32,000 nucleotides of DNA. Origin: Crocosphaera subtropica ATCC 51142. Its GTDB lineage: Bacteria > Cyanobacteriota > Cyanobacteriia > Cyanobacteriales > Microcystaceae. The notes under the pieces were generated by a model. That model did not search any database. It saw only the letters and a program-made list of their open reading frames with translations, and was not told the origin of the DNA. The DNA is taken from contig NC_010546.1 of the NCBI RefSeq assembly GCF_000017845.1, positions 750,001 through 782,000 on the forward strand, given 5' to 3'. This document shows, piece after piece, positions 27,186-32,000 of the stretch (position 1 is the first letter of the stretch; each line of letters opens with the position of its first letter). A program made the position numbers and the translations under genes.

Positions 27186-28430
27186 ATGAAAGTTAAAAAT
27201 TTGTTTTTCAGTATTATATTAATAACGCTGTTATTAATTAATGCTTGTGCTAGCCATCCTATTAATAAGCTTGAGACAAAAAAAGTATCTCCGAAAGGAG
27301 CAATTTTATTATGGGTAGAGATGCCTTTAGGACTAACAGAACAACAAAGTATTTATTTTAAAGACATTGCGAATAGTGCCATAGCTCAGTTCACAAAACT
27401 GAACCCTGGAGTAAAAATATCCCTAAAATTTATCTTGCATGATGAACAGTTATCCAAGTTTGATCAAGACATCGCCAGAGGTGCCGGTCCTGATATTTTT
27501 TCAGTGTCTTTAACTGATGATAAAATTCCCTCACTTATTAATTCAGGGTACTTAAAAAATTTGGATAAAGAAAATATTGACTTATCAAAATTTCGACCAG
27601 AAACTCTTAAACAAGTTAGCTATCAAAACCAACTGTATGCTATACCTGTTCGTTTAGGAACCCAAGTTCTTTGCTATAACAAAAACAAGGTACAAGAAAC
27701 ACCCAAAACTTTAGATGAATTAATTATACAAGCTCGTCGAGGCTATTCCGTAGGACTCCATTCTAATTTTACTACTGCTTTTTGGGGAACAGGAGCTTTT
27801 GGAGGTCAATTATTTGATGAGTCAGGACGAATTATTTTAGGAGAAAATCAAGGGTGGGTACAGTGGATGAAATGGTTAAAAAATGCCCAAAATGAACCTA
27901 ATGTTTATCTCATTGAAGATGCTGAAACCCTACAAGAAGCTTTTATTCAGGAAAGGTTAACTTATATGACTTGTGTATCCAGTTGGCTACCTATTCTTAG
28001 TGAAGCATTAGATACTAATAATATAGGTGTTGCTTTATTACCCGGTCAAGAAAATCAACCAGCCACACCTCCTTTATGGACAGTTGGTTTGATTTTTAAT
28101 CGAGCTTCTAGTGAAAATCAACATCAATTAGCCTTAAAAATTGCTCAGTTTTTAACTAATACTCAATACCAACAACAACTACAGGTTAAAGCCCCGTTTT
28201 TGATTCCAGTGAATAAAAATGCTAAAGTTGATTCTAGTTTATTTCCTAAGCAAGCTGTATTATTTGAACAATCTAAAAGAGGAATTATTTTATCTTTAGA
28301 CCAACTGGAAAAAAATAAAGTTATCTTTGAATATGGTTCTGTTCTTTATGACCAAGTGATAGCAGGAGAAATTACACCAGAAGAGGCTGCTTTACAAATT
28401 CAACAAGCAGTTAATAATCAATTTGATTAA
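27186..28430 (+). CDS. ABC-transporter extracellular solute-binding protein (family 1, sugar-type), probable lipoprotein
   Basis: I prefer the ATG at 27186, giving MKVKNLFFSIILITLLLINAC as the signal with a Cys. The size, the overall pattern and the YAIPV segment fit the MalE/UgpB-like family. No permease or ATPase gene is adjacent. Confidence 0.75.
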   Translation: MKVKNLFFSIILITLLLINACASHPINKLETKKVSPKGAILLWVEMPLGLTEQQSIYFKDIANSAIAQFTKLNPGVKISLKFILHDEQLSKFDQDIARGAGPDIFSVSLTDDKIPSLINSGYLKNLDKENIDLSKFRPETLKQVSYQNQLYAIPVRLGTQVLCYNKNKVQETPKTLDELIIQARRGYSVGLHSNFTTAFWGTGAFGGQLFDESGRIILGENQGWVQWMKWLKNAQNEPNVYLIEDAETLQEAFIQERLTYMTCVSSWLPILSEALDTNNIGVALLPGQENQPATPPLWTVGLIFNRASSENQHQLALKIAQFLTNTQYQQQLQVKAPFLIPVNKNAKVDSSLFPKQAVLFEQSKRGIILSLDQLEKNKVIFEYGSVLYDQVIAGEITPEEAALQIQQAVNNQFD

Positions 28431-28467
28431 AGGAAGTGAGGTTGATTAAAAGAACTGAGGAAAATTT

Positions 28468-29829
28468 ATGAATAAAAATCTTATTCTTGACCCTAGTTAT
28501 TTCAGGGAAGAATGGTTGAAAACTATGGTTATTTTACAACGTCCAGCTGTCCAAGTCCAATTAGTTGCAATTACTATTTCTCTTATTGTTATGTTTCTGC
28601 TTTCTCAATGGTTATGGGGAAAATTTGAAAAGCGATTTCCTGATATTAGTCAGTTTGAAGAAAGAAATAAAGAATGTTATTATCAACAGTGTGGTGCAGC
28701 TTTGTTGTTCTATCTTCTTTTTCCAACGTTTAGTTTACTTGTTATTTTTATAATAAACTTTCTTTTCTTGAGAAGTAACTTATTTGCCGGGTATTTAACT
28801 GATACAATTAATATTTTATGGATCTACATTTTTTATAGAATATTTTTAGTTGGGCTGTATAGTTTATTTAATGCTAAAGCAGTTAAACATTATCATTATC
28901 GCTTTTTTACCCCCTTGTTTTTTACCTTCATTATCTTACATATCATTCATATTATTACTGATTTTGACACCATATTTAGAGTTTCTTTTTTTCAATTATT
29001 TGATCAGTCTGTAACATTAGGTGATATTGTTGTTACCATAGGCGGACTTTATTTTTGGATAACAGGATGTTCCTTATTAGAAAAAGTCTTGATCTATCTT
29101 TTTTCTAAGGAAATACGCACTAATCAAAGGGCTGTTCAATCAATTTCTTTGATTCTCCGTTACTTTTTAATTGGATTAGGAATTACGCTAATTTTCGGTT
29201 ATGTTGGTATTAGTCCTACTGCGTTAGCTGCTATTACGGGTGGCTTATCTGTGGGTATTGGTTTCGGATTAAAAGAAGTAATTAGTAACTTTGTTAGTGG
29301 TTTATTTTTGTTGTTTGAAGGGTCGTTAAAACCCGATGATGTTATTAGTATTAATAATGAAATGAGTCAGGTTAAAAAGTTTGGTATTAGGGCAACGACA
29401 GTTCAAGTTATTAAAGATAATTCTGAGAAAATTATTCCTAATCAAACGTTTTTTACTGAAGAAGTAACTACATTTACAGGAAGTGATTCGTTAGTATATC
29501 GTTCTGTTATAGTTGGTGCAAACTATAATTGTAATCCTCAACAAGTCATTAAAGTTTTATTGGAAGTTGCTGATAATAATCCTAATATTTTAGAGTATCC
29601 TAGACCGATTGCTTTCGCTCTTGAATTTGGGGATTCTAGTATTAATTTTGAACTGAAATTTTGGCTTGATAATCCTTTAATTACTAAACGAGTAACCAGT
29701 AGTTTGATTTGTGATATTTGGAAAGCGTTTAAGAAAAATGATATTGAGATTCCTTATCCTCAACGAGATTTACATATTATTAATAGTCTTCAAACTGATA
29801 GTCATAAGGTTACAGATATCCCTAAATAA
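28468..29829 (+). CDS. Mechanosensitive ion channel family protein (MscS-like)
   Basis: Several N-terminal TM helices, then the pore-helix and beta-domain signature GLSVGIGFGLKEVISNFVSGLFLLFEGSLKPDDVISI. It starts 37 nt after the solute-binding protein gene. Confidence 0.85.
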   Translation: MNKNLILDPSYFREEWLKTMVILQRPAVQVQLVAITISLIVMFLLSQWLWGKFEKRFPDISQFEERNKECYYQQCGAALLFYLLFPTFSLLVIFIINFLFLRSNLFAGYLTDTINILWIYIFYRIFLVGLYSLFNAKAVKHYHYRFFTPLFFTFIILHIIHIITDFDTIFRVSFFQLFDQSVTLGDIVVTIGGLYFWITGCSLLEKVLIYLFSKEIRTNQRAVQSISLILRYFLIGLGITLIFGYVGISPTALAAITGGLSVGIGFGLKEVISNFVSGLFLLFEGSLKPDDVISINNEMSQVKKFGIRATTVQVIKDNSEKIIPNQTFFTEEVTTFTGSDSLVYRSVIVGANYNCNPQQVIKVLLEVADNNPNILEYPRPIAFALEFGDSSINFELKFWLDNPLITKRVTSSLICDIWKAFKKNDIEIPYPQRDLHIINSLQTDSHKVTDIPK

Positions 29830-29971
29830 AGTGTGTAATTAATTATGTTTAGGTACTTAGTATATTTGAAGCGTGAACGTATTTAAAACTATTGAATTAA
29901 GAAAAGTTTAATCATTTTTTTGTGTTAAGATAATAGACTATCTATAATTAACATTATTTTCAGGGTAAACA

Positions 29972-30985
29972 ATGGCTAAATTAGGATTAGTTATTATTGG
30001 GAGAAACGAAGGAAAACGATTAACAAATTGTCTCAAATCGGTACTAAATGAGACTAAAAATTATGATAAGACACCGATTATTTATGTAGATTCTGGTTCA
30101 ACCGATGATAGTATTGAAAGAGCAAAATCTCTAGGGGTATCAGTGATTTCCCTACACAATGATCGCCCATTTACAGCAGCGAGGGGACGGAATACAGGAT
30201 GTGAATGGCTACTTAAACAAGATCCTGACCTAACTTATATTCAATTTATGGATGGAGACTGTACTCTTATTGCAGGGTGGCTAGAAAAAGCTAGGGAAAT
30301 GCTAGATCATGACTCCAAATTAGCCATAGTTTGTGGTAGGAGACGGGAACAATTTCCTGATGCCACCCCTTATAATCGTTTAGCGGATATGGAATGGAAT
30401 ACGCCTGTCGGGGAAACTAAAGCCTGTGGGGGTGATGCTTTAATGAGAGTCGAAGCACTCCAACAAGTTAACGGATTTAACGATAGTTTAATTTGTGGCG
30501 AAGAACCAGAAATGTGCATTCGTTTACGTCGCCAGGGTTGGAAAATTTGGCGTTTAGATGAAGATATGACCTATCATGATGCAGACATGACCCAGTTTAG
30601 CCAGTGGTGGTCTCGTACGGTCCGAAGTGGTTGGGCTATTGCTCAAGGAATGGCTATGTATGGTTTTGCCCCTGAGAAGTATATGGTACGTCAGTCTATC
30701 AGCAATTGGTTGTGGGGATTTATACTACCCGTGACAGCCTTGGGGTTAGCTTGGTGGACCTACGGCTTAAGCCTGATTTTATTCATAGGATATCCCCTCT
30801 TAGGATGGCGTATTTATCGATATCGTTGCGCTTGTGGGGATACACACCCCCAAAGTTCCTTATATGCTTTCTTTTGTATCTTAGGGAAATTTCCCCAGAT
30901 GATGGGTCAACTGAAATATTGGCTTCAACAATGGTACAGTCAACCTGCCACTTTGATTGAATATAAAAAATCTCAGTTGGGATAA
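29972..30985 (+). CDS. Family 2 glycosyltransferase with a C-terminal membrane region
   Basis: LVIIGRNEGKRL, IIYVDSGSTDDS and DxD-type FMDGD motifs, with C-terminal hydrophobic helices (WLWGFILPVTALGLAWWTYGLSLILFIGYPLLGW). Confidence 0.82.
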   Translation: MAKLGLVIIGRNEGKRLTNCLKSVLNETKNYDKTPIIYVDSGSTDDSIERAKSLGVSVISLHNDRPFTAARGRNTGCEWLLKQDPDLTYIQFMDGDCTLIAGWLEKAREMLDHDSKLAIVCGRRREQFPDATPYNRLADMEWNTPVGETKACGGDALMRVEALQQVNGFNDSLICGEEPEMCIRLRRQGWKIWRLDEDMTYHDADMTQFSQWWSRTVRSGWAIAQGMAMYGFAPEKYMVRQSISNWLWGFILPVTALGLAWWTYGLSLILFIGYPLLGWRIYRYRCACGDTHPQSSLYAFFCILGKFPQMMGQLKYWLQQWYSQPATLIEYKKSQLG

Positions 30986-31058
30986 AGGTTACAATTGATA
31001 TATTAATCGTCGGAACCACTAAAGCTATCGTTTTCCTCTACACTAGAAAAGACGAATA

Positions 31059-31943
31059 ATGTTAAACAAACTTAGAGATCAAACTGTGTTTAAACGTAAT
31101 TGGTTACTTTCTTTATTGGTGAGTGTAGGAGTTTGGCAGTTCAGCGTTCCCGTTAGGGGACAAATGCTTTTACCCTATACCCCTCAACTGAATACAGAAG
31201 AACTGAAACAACAAGGCTTAGAAGTGGCTGAAGAAGCAGCCCAATTAATCCGCTTTCAACAACATGAGTTAGCCTTATCACGGGCAAAATTAGCGACTCA
31301 GTTAGCCCCGAATGAGTATCAACCTTGGTTTATTTTAGGAACATTATATATTATCAAACAAGAGTTAGAACCTGGGGTTAACGCTTTAGAAAAAGCCTTA
31401 GCCCTACAACCTGAAGAAGTGGGCATTAAATTTACGCTAGGAAATGCCTATTTTCAACAAGGAAAATATAAACAAGCAGCCACTGAATTAGAAGAAGGAT
31501 TAAACATCAAATCCGATGTGCCTTCTGCTCAGTTTGACTTAGGAAATGCTTATTTTAAATTAGGACGAATGGGGGAAGCGATCGCCGTTTATCAAAAAGC
31601 AATTGATCAACAAGAAGATTTTTGGCCAGCGATTAATAATATTGGTTTAATTAAGTACGAACAGGGAAATATTAAAGACGCGATCAAACATTGGGAACAA
31701 GCTTTAGAAATTGATCCCGAACAAGCAGAACCTAAACTAGCATTAGGGGTTGCTCTTTATGTTCAAGGCCAAAAAGAACAGGGACTTGAATTGGGAAAAA
31801 CAGCCCTTCAATTAGATAGTAATTATGGAGAATTACAACATCTGAAAGACAATCTCTGGGGAGAAAAATTACTCAAAGATACACAAACATTTTTAACGAC
31901 ACCCCAGATGCGGTCTGTCCTTAGTCAACTACAACAAGAGTAG
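31059..31943 (+). CDS. Tetratricopeptide (TPR) repeat protein with an N-terminal signal/anchor
   Basis: Repeated 34-residue TPR pattern (GNAYFQQGKYKQAATELEEGL, GNAYFKLGRMGEAIAVYQKAIDQ, EQGNIKDAIKHWEQALEIDP). The N-terminal hydrophobic segment is WLLSLLVSVGVWQF. Confidence 0.85.
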   Translation: MLNKLRDQTVFKRNWLLSLLVSVGVWQFSVPVRGQMLLPYTPQLNTEELKQQGLEVAEEAAQLIRFQQHELALSRAKLATQLAPNEYQPWFILGTLYIIKQELEPGVNALEKALALQPEEVGIKFTLGNAYFQQGKYKQAATELEEGLNIKSDVPSAQFDLGNAYFKLGRMGEAIAVYQKAIDQQEDFWPAINNIGLIKYEQGNIKDAIKHWEQALEIDPEQAEPKLALGVALYVQGQKEQGLELGKTALQLDSNYGELQHLKDNLWGEKLLKDTQTFLTTPQMRSVLSQLQQE

Positions 31944-32000
31944 ATTAGGGTAAGGCTTAACTAGGTGTCCCACAGGGCATTTAAGGCACATTAGTGACTG

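Overview
This window looks like ordinary chromosome from a low-GC, probably unicellular cyanobacterium. The taxonomic evidence is at least 15 perfect HIP1 octamers (GCGATCGC) that I found by eye, a psbX gene, a ycf66-family gene, a homolog of the OCP C-terminal domain, and STRR-like heptamer arrays. I support 29 protein-coding genes. One of them, psbX at 3698..3820, is too short for the supplied ORF track. Confident calls are lpdA, psbX, ycf66, yidD, an adenosine/adenine deaminase, queG and gyrB. The remaining genes are accessory or regulatory: two PEP-CTERM-type secreted proteins, a Ser/Thr kinase fused to an FGE/C-type-lectin-fold domain, a COG3044-type ABC-class ATPase, an M48 peptidase, two glycosyltransferases, an MscS-family channel, an orphan solute-binding protein and an orphan ABC permease. 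I found no rRNA, tRNA, CRISPR array, transposase, integrase or prophage signature. The lead most worth following is the C-terminus of the kinase-FGE gene (about 10600..10743). Its codon pattern resembles a diversified variable region of a diversity-generating retroelement (DGR), but no reverse transcriptase or template repeat lies in the window. The other notable structure is in the intergenic DNA. There are several heptamer arrays placed just after stop codons. A ~32-nt dispersed element occurs twice, and a compensatory base-pair change between the copies preserves a hairpin. A GGGAG-rich repeat occurs as an inverted pair around psbX-ycf66. All protein identifications come from motifs recognised by eye, and no database search was run.
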